DNA of 22,894 bases from a bacterium (GCA_040756235.1 JBFLZG010000025.1:1-22894); one strand, 5' to 3'. Shown: positions 1-8,986, counted from the stretch's first letter. A program made the numbers and translations. The notes: generated by a model not told the origin, from the letters alone.

Positions 1-42
1 TTGCCCTCCTCGGAAAGGATACCTCCCGCGACGGCCTGCTCT

Positions 43-72
43 ACAACAACAAAGGCGCCCAAAATGGCGCCT
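43..72 (-). terminator. Intrinsic terminator-like hairpin in the putative leader of a - strand gene that starts left of the window
   Basis: The - strand reads AGGCGCC-ATTTTG-GGCGCCT (7-bp stem) followed by TTGTTGTTGT. An RBS-like GAGGAGG lies at about 5-11 on the - strand, next to the window edge. Confidence 0.45.
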
Positions 73-164
73 CCCTACCCCTGCCGCGAAGCGGCTTCGT
101 CCAACTCTTTATTCAAATGCGAGGACATGACGAATCGGGAATAGTGAACCGAACTTGGCCAACA

Positions 165-194
165 TATTTATCTAACGATAAACGTTGTTGTCAA
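165..194 (-). promoter_or_regulatory. Putative sigma70 promoter pointing leftwards
   Basis: Perfect -35 TTGACA (194-189 on -), then ATAAAT at 17-nt or TAAATA at 18-nt spacing, in an AT-rich patch within GC-rich DNA. Confidence 0.5.
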
Positions 195-254
195 GGAATT
201 GTTTCCTTCCCCGACAGGCATTTGAACGAAAGAGGGAGGGTGTGCTCGAGGGGT

Positions 255-283
255 GATAGGCTGACCGGACCGGTCAGCCTATC
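255..283. repeat. Perfect 29-bp palindrome (14-bp arms)
   Basis: GATAGGCTGACCGG-A-CCGGTCAGCCTATC. Confidence 0.85.
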
Positions 284-398
284 CCGGTGTGAAAGAGGAT
301 CCGCAGAAGTTCGGTTTGGGGGTTCATTAGATCCGGTCGGTGGGGTTTCCTTCGCCTTGGTTTCGAGGATTCGCGCCGGTGATCGGGCAGGCAGATCG

Positions 399-2064
399 TC
401 ATCCGGCGACGCCGGCTGCCTGCAAGCCCTGGTGGAACCGACGGGCCAGATCTTCGACCTTGACCAGGCGGCCGATGATCTCGCGGCAGCGGGTCTGAAG
501 GTCGGGCCTCAGCCGGACGGCTTCTTCGAGTGCGGCACGGGCTTTCTCTGTTCTCCCCAGACGGCCCAGCGCGGAGGCGCGGAGCAGGGGGGCCCAGAAC
601 AGGTCGGGCATGTTGATGCGGTTCGCGATGGCCAGCGCCCGCGCATAGTCTTCCTGATTGTAGGCATGCAGGTAGGGCGCGAGGTGGAACCAGTCGGGGT
701 GATAGGGGTTGAGCGATTCTCCTTCCGCCATGATGAAGAGACCGCGCTCCCACTCTCCGGCCAGGACCATGAGCCAGCCCGAGAAGCCGAGGATATAGGC
801 GGCGTTCGGGTTGAGCGCGATGGCCTGCTCGATCTGGTCGATGAACAGGGCCTTCTCCCCGCGGTGGAAATGGACGTAGGCCATGGCGAAGCGGGCGTGC
901 TGGCTCATCGGATCCAATGCCACGCTCTTTCCGGCCAGCTCAAAGGCTTTCTCCAGCCTTGCCGAAGCGGCCGTGAACTCGAACGCGTAATCGTCACAGT
1001 AGAGCTCGGCCAGCATGGCCCAGGCGCGCGCGTAGTCCGGATCGACCTCGACCGCACACTGCAGCTCCCGCCTCGCCTTGAGGAACGATTTCTGATCGAT
1101 GCACTTGTTGTAATGGTGGAAGTGCAGGACCGCCTCGTACGTGCCCAGCTTTGTGGGGCGCTTGCCGAGCGATTCCCTGGCCAGCCTTCGCGGCACCACT
1201 CCGTAGCTGTCGGCAATCATCGACGTCACGCACTTGGTGATGTCGTCCTGCACCCGCAGGATGTTGGTGGCCGCCAGATCGCGGTCGTAGGTTCCCGTCC
1301 ACAGACACTCGCCGCTCGCGGAATCCAACAGCTGCGCGCTGACGCGGATGGTTTTCATGTTCCTGCGGACGCTGCCTGTCAGGATATAGTGGGCTCCCAG
1401 GTCTCGGCCGATCTCCTGCGGGCTGGGCGGCCGCTCCGCATAGCGCAGCGTCGAGTGCCGGCCGAAAACCCGGAAATCCTGGAAGTGCGAGAGGGCCACG
1501 ATGATCTCCTCGGTGAGGCCGTCGGCGAAGAACTCCTGGTTCTTTCCAGGGCTCATGTTGGTGAAAGGCATCACCGCGATGGAAGGTCCTGAGCTGAAGG
1601 CGATCCCGGGATGCTTCGGTTCGCCTCCGGGCAAGGGCCGATCGTCCTGGCCTCCTCTCCCCTGCGCGCTCTGCCGGGCGCTGAACCGCGGGACGTACCC
1701 CCCTTTTGGTATCTCCATGTGCACGGGATCCTGTGCACCCTCCTCCAGGTAATAGCTCTCCAATGCTCGACGCAGCCGTCCCGCCTGGACGCGCACGATC
1801 GGATCGGTTTGCGGATCGAAGCGCGCGTCGCGATCGAACACCGCGATCGCGATCTGCGTGCCGTTGATCTCATCGGCCCTGCCCGCGAGCGTCTCTTCTA
1901 CCAGGAACCGCAGGAAATTCCTGGAGCCGGGCCTTGGACCGGAACTCGTTGCTCGCCAGGATGCGCTCCAACTGCTCACGGATGACCGGCTGCGGCAGGA
2001 CCGGGTCACCGGAGAACGGCCGAGCAGATGCCCCGATGCGGCTTGTTGCCCGGGAGTGACTCAT
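399..2064 (-). pseudogene. Regulator-like protein (N-terminal winged-helix-like domain, TolB-like domain, TPR repeats) split by a 1-nt frameshift at about 1915-1924
   Basis: The N-terminal segment IREQLERILASNEFRSKARL (ORF 1870..2088) continues in another frame as FLRFLVEETLAGRADEING...FDPQTDPIVRVQAGRLRRALESYY. TolB-like motif PSIAVMPFTNMS...FADGLTEEII...YILTGSVRR and TPRs (DPDYARAWAMLA, LNPNAA) follow. Start is 2064 or 2088. May be an intact gene with an assembly error. Confidence 0.8.
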
Positions 2065-2111
2065 GCCGGGAATTTCTTTGCCTTCCATGTGGACCTTGCC
2101 GTGCCTGCGGA

Positions 2112-2174
2112 GTTACCTGGATGTAACCGGTTAAATACCTCATGTTACTTCTCCTTTCAACCAAAAACTGGTTG
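2112..2174. promoter_or_regulatory. AT-rich divergent promoter region with several inverted repeats (candidate operators)
   Basis: GTTAC-N6-GTAAC (2112-2127), TAACCGGTTA (2124-2133), CAACCA-N5-TGGTTG (2158-2174), between divergent genes. Confidence 0.4.
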
Positions 2175-2295
2175 TGTGCTGCGTCAAAAGCGCGAACCCC
2201 GAAACCGTTCCCTCCGACCTTTGCGCGGGTACGCGAAAGGGCAGGCCTCGATTCGGCACGGCCTCCACGGCAACGAGGAAAAGAGGAGAAGTGAC

Positions 2296-3555
2296 ATGGG
2301 GGAGAAGATCACGATCCTGGGAGCTGTCGGTTCGCAAACCATCTCGACCAGCATCGACATCTCGAGGACGTCCAGGTTCGACGAGATCGTGCTCGCCGAC
2401 GGCAACATGGAAAAGGCCAGGGAGCTGGCCTCGTCGCTGAAGGACGAGCGCATCCGCATCTACCGGCTGGACGCCACGAGAGTCGACAGCATCGCGGACG
2501 CGATCAGAGGCTGCGAGATCATCATCAACGGCCTGCCCGGCGTATTTCCGGGCTCTCCGGTCAGCATCGAATCCAACGTCGTGGAAGCGGCTGTGCGCAC
2601 CGGGGTGAAGTTCATCGTAGACATCAACTGCATCCTCGAGATCGACGGAGAGTTCGGCCGCGAGAGCTTCGCCCGGTGGGACCGGAAGCTGAAAGAAGCC
2701 GGGATCGGAGTCCCGCTCTTCTCCGGAGGCATCACGACCTGCGAGTTGCTGGCGGTCAAGGCGTCCCGGGAGCTGGACCGGGTGGACGAAGTCCACGTCT
2801 ACTGGGGTTGCGCGGCCCCCCTGGAGCATGCGGCGGCGGGTCTCGTCGACACCGTTCTCTGGGAGGAGAACCCGAACGTCGGAGACAGGCTCTACTACGC
2901 CAACGGCAAGATCGTCCGCGGCGTCGAGCCGTTCGGGATGAGGACGCACTGGGAGTACCCGGAGCCGGTGGCAACGCGTTGCGGCAAGGAAGCCTACATC
3001 CTGACCCACACGGAGCCGCTCACCCTTTCGGAAGTGTTTCCGGAGGCCCGAATCATCACCTCGCGAGGGGTGCTGGGCGACCGGGAGGCGGACGGCCTCC
3101 TCAAGTTCATCGTCAAGCACGGCATCCACAACATGGAGCCGATGGAGGTCGGCGGGGTCAAGGTGTCCCCGCTGGAGTTCATGCGCCGTCTCTGGATCCG
3201 CATCAGCCGGACCGAGCTAGAGAAGATCTGGAAAGGGCAGAAGGTCCCGGACTGGTACGGGGAATACTCGCTGGAGGCGGAAGTGATCGGGGTCAGGAAC
3301 GGGATCGGCGCCAGGAGCGTATACAGCAGTCTTGCCCCTTCCCATCCTTTTCACGAACTCCTGAAACGCGACCCGATCGGAGAATTCGGGGTGGCCATCG
3401 GCGTCCCCATGTCGGTGACCGCCTGCATGCTGCTCGATGGCGAGATCGAGATGAAGACCGGCCTTCTGGGCAACGTCGGGATTTTCCCCGACGTGGACAA
3501 GTACTTCGCCGAGCTCACGAGGCGCGGCTTCAGGCTGGTCAAGACGGCAGGATGA
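2296..3555 (+). CDS. Saccharopine dehydrogenase-like oxidoreductase (lysine 6-dehydrogenase / carboxyaminopropylagmatine-carboxyspermidine dehydrogenase superfamily)
   Basis: RBS GAGGAG at 2283-2288. N-terminal Rossmann fold (KITILGAVG...IVLADGN...LDAT...IIINGLP); motifs YYANGK...EPFG, HTEPLTL, GGVKVSPLEF, and C-terminal IGVPMSV. Confidence 0.75.
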   Translation: MGEKITILGAVGSQTISTSIDISRTSRFDEIVLADGNMEKARELASSLKDERIRIYRLDATRVDSIADAIRGCEIIINGLPGVFPGSPVSIESNVVEAAVRTGVKFIVDINCILEIDGEFGRESFARWDRKLKEAGIGVPLFSGGITTCELLAVKASRELDRVDEVHVYWGCAAPLEHAAAGLVDTVLWEENPNVGDRLYYANGKIVRGVEPFGMRTHWEYPEPVATRCGKEAYILTHTEPLTLSEVFPEARIITSRGVLGDREADGLLKFIVKHGIHNMEPMEVGGVKVSPLEFMRRLWIRISRTELEKIWKGQKVPDWYGEYSLEAEVIGVRNGIGARSVYSSLAPSHPFHELLKRDPIGEFGVAIGVPMSVTACMLLDGEIEMKTGLLGNVGIFPDVDKYFAELTRRGFRLVKTAG

Positions 3556-3584
3556 GACCGGCACGGTCGGGAGGGTATCGGGCG

Positions 3585-4577
3585 ATGCATGCAAGTAACC
3601 CAAAGAAGGGTACCTGGGCAGCGGTCGCCTTGCTCTGCTGTGCGCTTGTTGCGTCGCCGGCAGCGGCCCGCGATCCGGGCAAGTGGGAGATGCGAGACGA
3701 CCTCTTCTCCGTGAGCTTCCCCGCGAAGGAGCAAGGGTGGGCGTGCGGGCGTTTCGGGACGATCCTCCATACCGCGGACGGGGGCGCCGCCTGGGAGCGC
3801 CAGGAGAGCGGAACGGCGTGCACGCTGACGAGCCTTCATTTCATCGACGCCCTGGGCGGCTGGGCGGTGGGGAGCACGGGAACGATCCTCCACACCGAGG
3901 ATGGCGGAAAGACCTGGGTGAAGCAGGAGAGCCCGGTCGGCTTCTACCATATGTGCGTGACCTTCCTGACTCCGCAAAAGGGGTTCATTGCCTCGGAGCG
4001 GACCCACATCCTGGCCACGGAGGACGGCGGCCGGACCTGGCAGGTGCGCTTCCGCGACACGGATTTCATCCTGAAGTCGATCTCCTTCTGTGACGATCGC
4101 CACGGCTGGGCCGTGGGCGAGTTCGGGTACATCTACCGCACGACCGACGGCGGGCAGACCTGGCAGCAGCAGGCGGGGTTGTACGAGCTGGATGACGCGA
4201 CCGGCGACTTGAAGGGTGAGGCGTTCCTGTATTCGGTGGTGGCGCTGGAGCCCGAGACGGCGTGGGCGGTCGGCATCCAGGGCACGGTGAAACAGACCAG
4301 CGACGGCGGGGCGACCTGGGAAGACGTGAACCTGAACCTGCCGCCGGTCCAGCTCTACTGCATCGGTTGGGACGGCAGGGACACGCTGGCGATCGCAGGG
4401 AGAGGCGTGTGCGTGGTGTCGACCGACCGGGGCCGCAACTGGCGGTCTGCCCGATTCGAACCCTCCATCGAGTACAGCTGGATTTACGGGATCTCTCTCA
4501 CGGGCCGGAGGGCCGCCTGCGGAGACGAGGGGTCGATCTATTTCACCGGGAGTGAGGGCTGGCTGCGGGCTCCCTGA
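3585..4577 (+). CDS. YCF48-like / BNR-repeat beta-propeller periplasmic protein
   Basis: RBS GGGAGG, signal peptide (AAVALLCCALVASPAAA), repeated GWAVG..G.I..T.DGG.TW Asp-box units. Alternative ATG at 3552 overlaps the upstream stop. Confidence 0.9.
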   Translation: MHASNPKKGTWAAVALLCCALVASPAAARDPGKWEMRDDLFSVSFPAKEQGWACGRFGTILHTADGGAAWERQESGTACTLTSLHFIDALGGWAVGSTGTILHTEDGGKTWVKQESPVGFYHMCVTFLTPQKGFIASERTHILATEDGGRTWQVRFRDTDFILKSISFCDDRHGWAVGEFGYIYRTTDGGQTWQQQAGLYELDDATGDLKGEAFLYSVVALEPETAWAVGIQGTVKQTSDGGATWEDVNLNLPPVQLYCIGWDGRDTLAIAGRGVCVVSTDRGRNWRSARFEPSIEYSWIYGISLTGRRAACGDEGSIYFTGSEGWLRAP

Positions 4578-4593
4578 CGCGCAGGCTGAGGGC

Positions 4594-4644
4594 TCCCCGG
4601 TTCGCCGGGGATCCGGGCAGGAGCCCGTCCTTCGACGGCTCCTG
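4594..4644 (+). repeat. Two tandem GC-rich hairpins between YCF48 and RND genes
   Basis: TCCCCGG-TTCG-CCGGGGA (4594-4611) and CAGGAGCCCGTC-CTTC-GACGGCTCCTG (4618-4644, one bulged base). Confidence 0.6.
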
Positions 4645-4689
4645 AGGCGAGTGAGCCTCTTCTTTGCACGAGCGGGCGGGGCAACGACC

Positions 4690-7146
4690 ATGAGAGAGCG
4701 CAACGACTCCTGGATGGATCGGTTCAACCGGTTTTGCACGGACCACCGGCCCGTGGTCCTGGGGGTGATCCTGCTGGCGGCTCTGGCCTTCGGGTCCGGC
4801 ATCCCCCGTATCCGGGGAGAAGTGATCATCGAGGAGCTCCTGCCGTACGCCCACCCGTATCTCAAGATCATGGCGGACTTCTCGGACGTCTTCGGCAGCG
4901 GCGGCTCCTTCGTGGCGGTCGGGCTGGAGGCCAGGGACGGGAACATCTACAAGCAGGGCGTGCTGAGGAAGATCCAGGCCATCGATCAGGAAGTCTCGCT
5001 CTGGGAGGAGGTGTACCGGGTCCTGACGGTCTCGATCGCGAGCCGCACGACCAAGGTGGTCAAACCCGTGGGGGAGGGCGAGATCAAGGTGGAGCCGCTG
5101 ATGTGGCCCAACCTTCCCGGGACTCCGGACGAGCTTGCGGACCTCAAGAGGAACATCCTGTCGGACCCGAACCTCAGGGGGATCCTGGTTTCCCGGGACG
5201 GCAGGGCGGCGATGATCATGACCCAGTTCAAGGAGAACATCTCCTACGAGCACGCCTTCGATCTGTTGCAGGAGCTGGACCGCCGCTACACGGACGAGGA
5301 GACGCGGGTCCACCTGGTGGGCTTTCCGGTGCTGATGGGCTGGATCTACAGCTACAAGGCCCAGATCGTCCTGGTCATGGGCATGAGCGTCGGCCTGATC
5401 GTCCTGGTGCTGTTCTTCTCCTTTCAGAATCTCATGGGCATGGTGGTGCCGCTGAGCTTCGGCCTGGTGAGCAGCGCCATCGGTCTCGGCTTCATCGGCT
5501 GGACCGGGATCAACTTCAGCCCGCTGCTCTACGTCCTCGCCTTCCTGGTGGTGGCGCGGATGGTGAGCCACTCGGTGCAGATCACACACCGCTACATGGA
5601 GCTGTACGTGGAGAGGCAGGACCGAGTCGAGGCCTGCTTCGACACGATGCAGAGCATGATCATCCCGAACTGGGCGGCGGTGAGCACCGAAGTGGCCGGC
5701 TTCCTTGTGTTGATCCTGGTCAAGATCGTCCTCATGCAGTACGTGGCGATCTTCATGACCGTATGGATGATGACGATCGCCCTGTGCGGCATCTTCACGC
5801 CGATCCTGTGCAGTTACATGCCCCTGGCTCGGGCCAGCGAAAGCTGGGTGCGGAGGAGCGCCCGCCAGAGCTGGCTGGACCGGCTTTGCGTGGGCGCCAG
5901 CAACTTCTCCACCGGCAGGGGAAAGGCGGTGATCATCGCCGGCGTGGCGGCCCTGGTCGGGCTGTTCGCCCACGCGGCGCCGCGGCTCAAAATCGGAGAC
6001 CCGAGCCCGGGCACGCCCCTGCTCTGGCCGGAGCACCGCTACAACCAGGACCAGGCCATGGTGGATCGCACTTTCGACGTCTCGAGCGAGGACTTCACCC
6101 TGTACTTCGCCGGGGATGCCGGCTCGATCTATGACGATCCCGCCATCCTGAAGACGTTCGAAGCCTTTGACCGGCACATGCAGAACCAGCTTCCGGACAT
6201 CTACAAGTCGAGCGACTCCATCCTCGGCCTCATGAAGACGATCCACTTCATCCTGCACGACGGCGACATGGTCTGGAGGGAGCTCCCCAACGACCCGGAC
6301 TCGCTGACCAACCTCATCGGCTGGACCCGGGACCAGGTGGATGCCTACAGCATGGGCCGCTACTTCGACCCTGCCATGAGCAAGGGGCAGATCACCCTCT
6401 ACTTCTCCGATCATACGACGGACAACCTGCTCAGCATCCACGAAGCGGCCAAGGAGTTCTTTGCCCAGCATCCGATGAAGCTCGAGAAGGGGGAATTTCT
6501 GCTGGCCGGAGGCCGCATCGGCATGGAGATGGCCACGAACGAGGAGATGAAGCGCACGCACCTGCAGGTGGACGCCATGGTGCTGCTGTCGATCTTCCTC
6601 CTGTGCCTGCTCTTCTACCGCTCCTTCGTGGGGGCGTTGATGTTCACGCTGCCGCTGGTGCTGGCGAACATGATGGCCTACGGGTACATGGCCATGGCCG
6701 GGATCGGGCTCACGATCAACACGCTCCCGGTCGCGGCGGTGGGCGTGGGGGTCGGGGTGGACTTCGCCATCTACATTTACAACCGCTGCCGGGAAGAAGC
6801 CGCCCTCCTCATACCGCACGGGCAGACGCCGACCTTCGAGCAATGGATCGCGGTGATCCGCCGGGCGGTCCGGACCTCGGGCAAGGCGGTGATCCTGACC
6901 GGGCTCACGGTCGTTCTGCCCATCTCGGCCTGGTACTTCGTCTCGGACATGAAGTTCCAGGCCCAGGTCGGGTTGTTCCTGGCCTTGATCCTGAGCGCCA
7001 ACGTGCTGTTCGCCATCACGCTGCACCCGCTCATGCTCTATCTCATCCGGCCGAAGTTCATCGTCCGTCACGGTTCAGGGGATCGGGGCGCGGGCAGAAA
7101 GGGTTCTGATCTGTGCCAGGGGGAGCACAGGGCAGCAGAAATGTGA
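4690..7146 (+). CDS. RND superfamily / MMPL-type inner-membrane transporter
   Basis: 818 aa with a duplicated architecture (TM, periplasmic domain, about 5 TM, twice). Motifs ARMVSHSVQITHRY and TLPVAAVGVGVGVDFAIYI...TSGKAVILTGLT are typical of the RND found with DUF1302/DUF1329. Confidence 0.9.
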   Translation: MRERNDSWMDRFNRFCTDHRPVVLGVILLAALAFGSGIPRIRGEVIIEELLPYAHPYLKIMADFSDVFGSGGSFVAVGLEARDGNIYKQGVLRKIQAIDQEVSLWEEVYRVLTVSIASRTTKVVKPVGEGEIKVEPLMWPNLPGTPDELADLKRNILSDPNLRGILVSRDGRAAMIMTQFKENISYEHAFDLLQELDRRYTDEETRVHLVGFPVLMGWIYSYKAQIVLVMGMSVGLIVLVLFFSFQNLMGMVVPLSFGLVSSAIGLGFIGWTGINFSPLLYVLAFLVVARMVSHSVQITHRYMELYVERQDRVEACFDTMQSMIIPNWAAVSTEVAGFLVLILVKIVLMQYVAIFMTVWMMTIALCGIFTPILCSYMPLARASESWVRRSARQSWLDRLCVGASNFSTGRGKAVIIAGVAALVGLFAHAAPRLKIGDPSPGTPLLWPEHRYNQDQAMVDRTFDVSSEDFTLYFAGDAGSIYDDPAILKTFEAFDRHMQNQLPDIYKSSDSILGLMKTIHFILHDGDMVWRELPNDPDSLTNLIGWTRDQVDAYSMGRYFDPAMSKGQITLYFSDHTTDNLLSIHEAAKEFFAQHPMKLEKGEFLLAGGRIGMEMATNEEMKRTHLQVDAMVLLSIFLLCLLFYRSFVGALMFTLPLVLANMMAYGYMAMAGIGLTINTLPVAAVGVGVGVDFAIYIYNRCREEAALLIPHGQTPTFEQWIAVIRRAVRTSGKAVILTGLTVVLPISAWYFVSDMKFQAQVGLFLALILSANVLFAITLHPLMLYLIRPKFIVRHGSGDRGAGRKGSDLCQGEHRAAEM

Positions 7147-7219
7147 GAAGTCGAACAATTGGCCAACTACTCCGCTTGGCCTGCAAGAGCCGTCGACGCG
7201 AGCGGGCAGCATGACCACC

Positions 7220-7326
7220 CGGCAGGGTGGACAAAGCCCAGCGTGTCCACCAACAACGGCTCCTGACCGCGCGCATGGCGATCCCACTGTACACGGAGGT
7301 TGCCACGGCCCTCCGGGCCTCGCAAT
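7220..7326 (+). repeat. Composite REP-like element, copy 1 (homologous to the reverse complement of 21376-21484)
   Basis: CGGCAGGGTGGACAAAGCCCAGCGTGTCCACC...TGGCGATCCC...GGTTGCCACGGCCCTCCGGGCCTCGCAAT. Confidence 0.8.
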
Positions 7327-7420
7327 TTCCGATCGTCACAGCAGGTCGCCACGTCGCTGAGGGCGAGAGCGACCGGCAATGAAAATGTGGCCGACATGTA
7401 CAAAAGGGGGGGGGGACGCA

Positions 7421-8986
7421 ATGAACAGACGACCGTTCTATCTGTGGCTGGCGGTGCTCCTGATGGCTTGTTGTCTGGGCCCGCGGCCCGCCACGGGAAA
7501 ACAGTTTCTGCTGTGGGACAAGCCGCTGACCCTGGGGGCCTACCTCTCGCAGACTCTGCAGTTCAGCCTGAAGGGGGACGAGCACGACACCGAGCACGAT
7601 CTTCAGCAGGCCCTCATGAGCCTCTTCGTGGAAGCCGACTTCCGCCCGACCACGGATTGGGTCTTCTACCTGTCCAGCATGACGGCCATCGATTGGATTT
7701 ACGAGCTCAAGAGCAACGACGATTCCTGGAGAGACAAGCTCTTCAGCCGCTCCCGGGACGAGCTCTGCATCGACGACGCATACTGGCAGCTGCTGAAGGA
7801 GGCGCACGTCACCTGGACGCCGGGCCAGTTCCTGTTCCGCATCGGCAAACAGATCGTCTCCTGGGGCGAGATGGACTTCTTCCGGATCATGGACCAGATG
7901 AACCCGCTCGACAACCGCCGGGGCTTCTCCGACGTGGAGTTCGAGTCCACGGTCATTCCGATCTGGCTCCTGCGCACCGAGTGGTGGCCCCGGCTGGACG
8001 TCGGGTGGCTGGAGGAGCTGGGCCTTCAGCTCGTCTTCAACCCGAACGCGGACTTCATTCCGGACCAGGGCCTGACCACCGGAAATGACGCCGGGGGGAT
8101 CTGGTCGGCCGCGTACCGCTTCCAGAACCCGCTGTACCCTTTTGGATTGGGCTCGCAGGAGCTGTACGCCGGCTCTCTGGAAGAGACCCTCGAGGAGCCG
8201 GACGAGTGGTCCGAGGACGGGTTCGAGTACGGGGCGCGGATCTCGGCTCGCATCCGGGGGACCATTCTGACGCTGAACGGCTTCTACGGGCGCGAGAACG
8301 CACCGGTGGAGCTCCTGACCGCCTACCGGCTGGATCCGGACTTGACGGCAGCGCTCGGCGAGCCGGTTCCGCTGCTCGGCACCGCCGCCGACGGCACTTC
8401 GATCATTTACCCGATCTATGCAGGCAAGTTCCCGCGCCAGAAATTCGTCGGGGTCACCTGGACGGCCGACCTGCCGTTTCGCGTCAGCCTCCTGGGAGGG
8501 GTCAACCCGGTGCTGCGCGCGGAGGTGAAGTACCAGATCGACAAGACCTTCAAAGACATCACCGAAGGCACGTTCTATGAATCTGACTTCCTGGATACCG
8601 GTTGGGCCCTGGACTGGAAGGTGAAGATCCGGCCGCTCAATCCGCGGGCGTACTTCACCGTGAGCCCGCAGTTCTTCTTCAACCGGATCCTGGACTATCC
8701 GTCCGAATTCACCCTCTATGACCTCCCGGATGAGAACTATTACACCTTCACCGTCTACCTGGCCACCTCCTACATCAACGGCAAGGTCGTTCCGGACTTT
8801 GCGTGGGCATGGGACACGAACAACGCCGCCCATCTCCTCCTGACCAGCGTCACTTACAGCCCCAGCCACAGATGGGACTTCACGGTGGAGGCGGGCTTCA
8901 TGCAGGGACAGGACCAGAACCGATCCTTCTGGCTCTTTCGGAACAAGGACTACATGGCGGTAAAGGTCAAGTACAACTGGGGTTGA
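7421..8986 (+). CDS. DUF1302-like outer-membrane beta-barrel protein
   Basis: Signal peptide, motif LKEAHV...FRIGKQIVSWGEMDFFRIMDQMNPLD, and C-terminal barrel signature FRNKDYMAVKVKYNW. Context next to RND and YCF48. Confidence 0.8.
   Translation: MNRRPFYLWLAVLLMACCLGPRPATGKQFLLWDKPLTLGAYLSQTLQFSLKGDEHDTEHDLQQALMSLFVEADFRPTTDWVFYLSSMTAIDWIYELKSNDDSWRDKLFSRSRDELCIDDAYWQLLKEAHVTWTPGQFLFRIGKQIVSWGEMDFFRIMDQMNPLDNRRGFSDVEFESTVIPIWLLRTEWWPRLDVGWLEELGLQLVFNPNADFIPDQGLTTGNDAGGIWSAAYRFQNPLYPFGLGSQELYAGSLEETLEEPDEWSEDGFEYGARISARIRGTILTLNGFYGRENAPVELLTAYRLDPDLTAALGEPVPLLGTAADGTSIIYPIYAGKFPRQKFVGVTWTADLPFRVSLLGGVNPVLRAEVKYQIDKTFKDITEGTFYESDFLDTGWALDWKVKIRPLNPRAYFTVSPQFFFNRILDYPSEFTLYDLPDENYYTFTVYLATSYINGKVVPDFAWAWDTNNAAHLLLTSVTYSPSHRWDFTVEAGFMQGQDQNRSFWLFRNKDYMAVKVKYNWG

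Noticed and set aside
41..72. ANTAR-type leader motif (ACAAAGGCGCC) on the + strand
   Set aside because: Only one motif and no + strand gene downstream; better explained as a - strand terminator.
117..1592. 491-aa + strand ORF
   Set aside because: Antisense shadow of the TolB/TPR gene; no recognisable motifs, and expected in high-GC coding DNA.
2252..2272. Possible sigma54 promoter TTCGGCACGGCCTCCACGG
   Set aside because: The -24 GGCACG is present, but there is no GC at -12.
1858..2295. N-terminal extensions in the ORF track (also 2676, 4552, 7379, 8803, 12940, 18387, 19991)
   Set aside because: They overlap neighbouring genes or spacers. Downstream ATGs fit the domain starts better, and most have a clear RBS or stop-start overlap.
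4543..8869. Long - strand ORFs (842 aa and 603 aa)
   Set aside because: Antisense shadows of the RND and DUF1302 genes.
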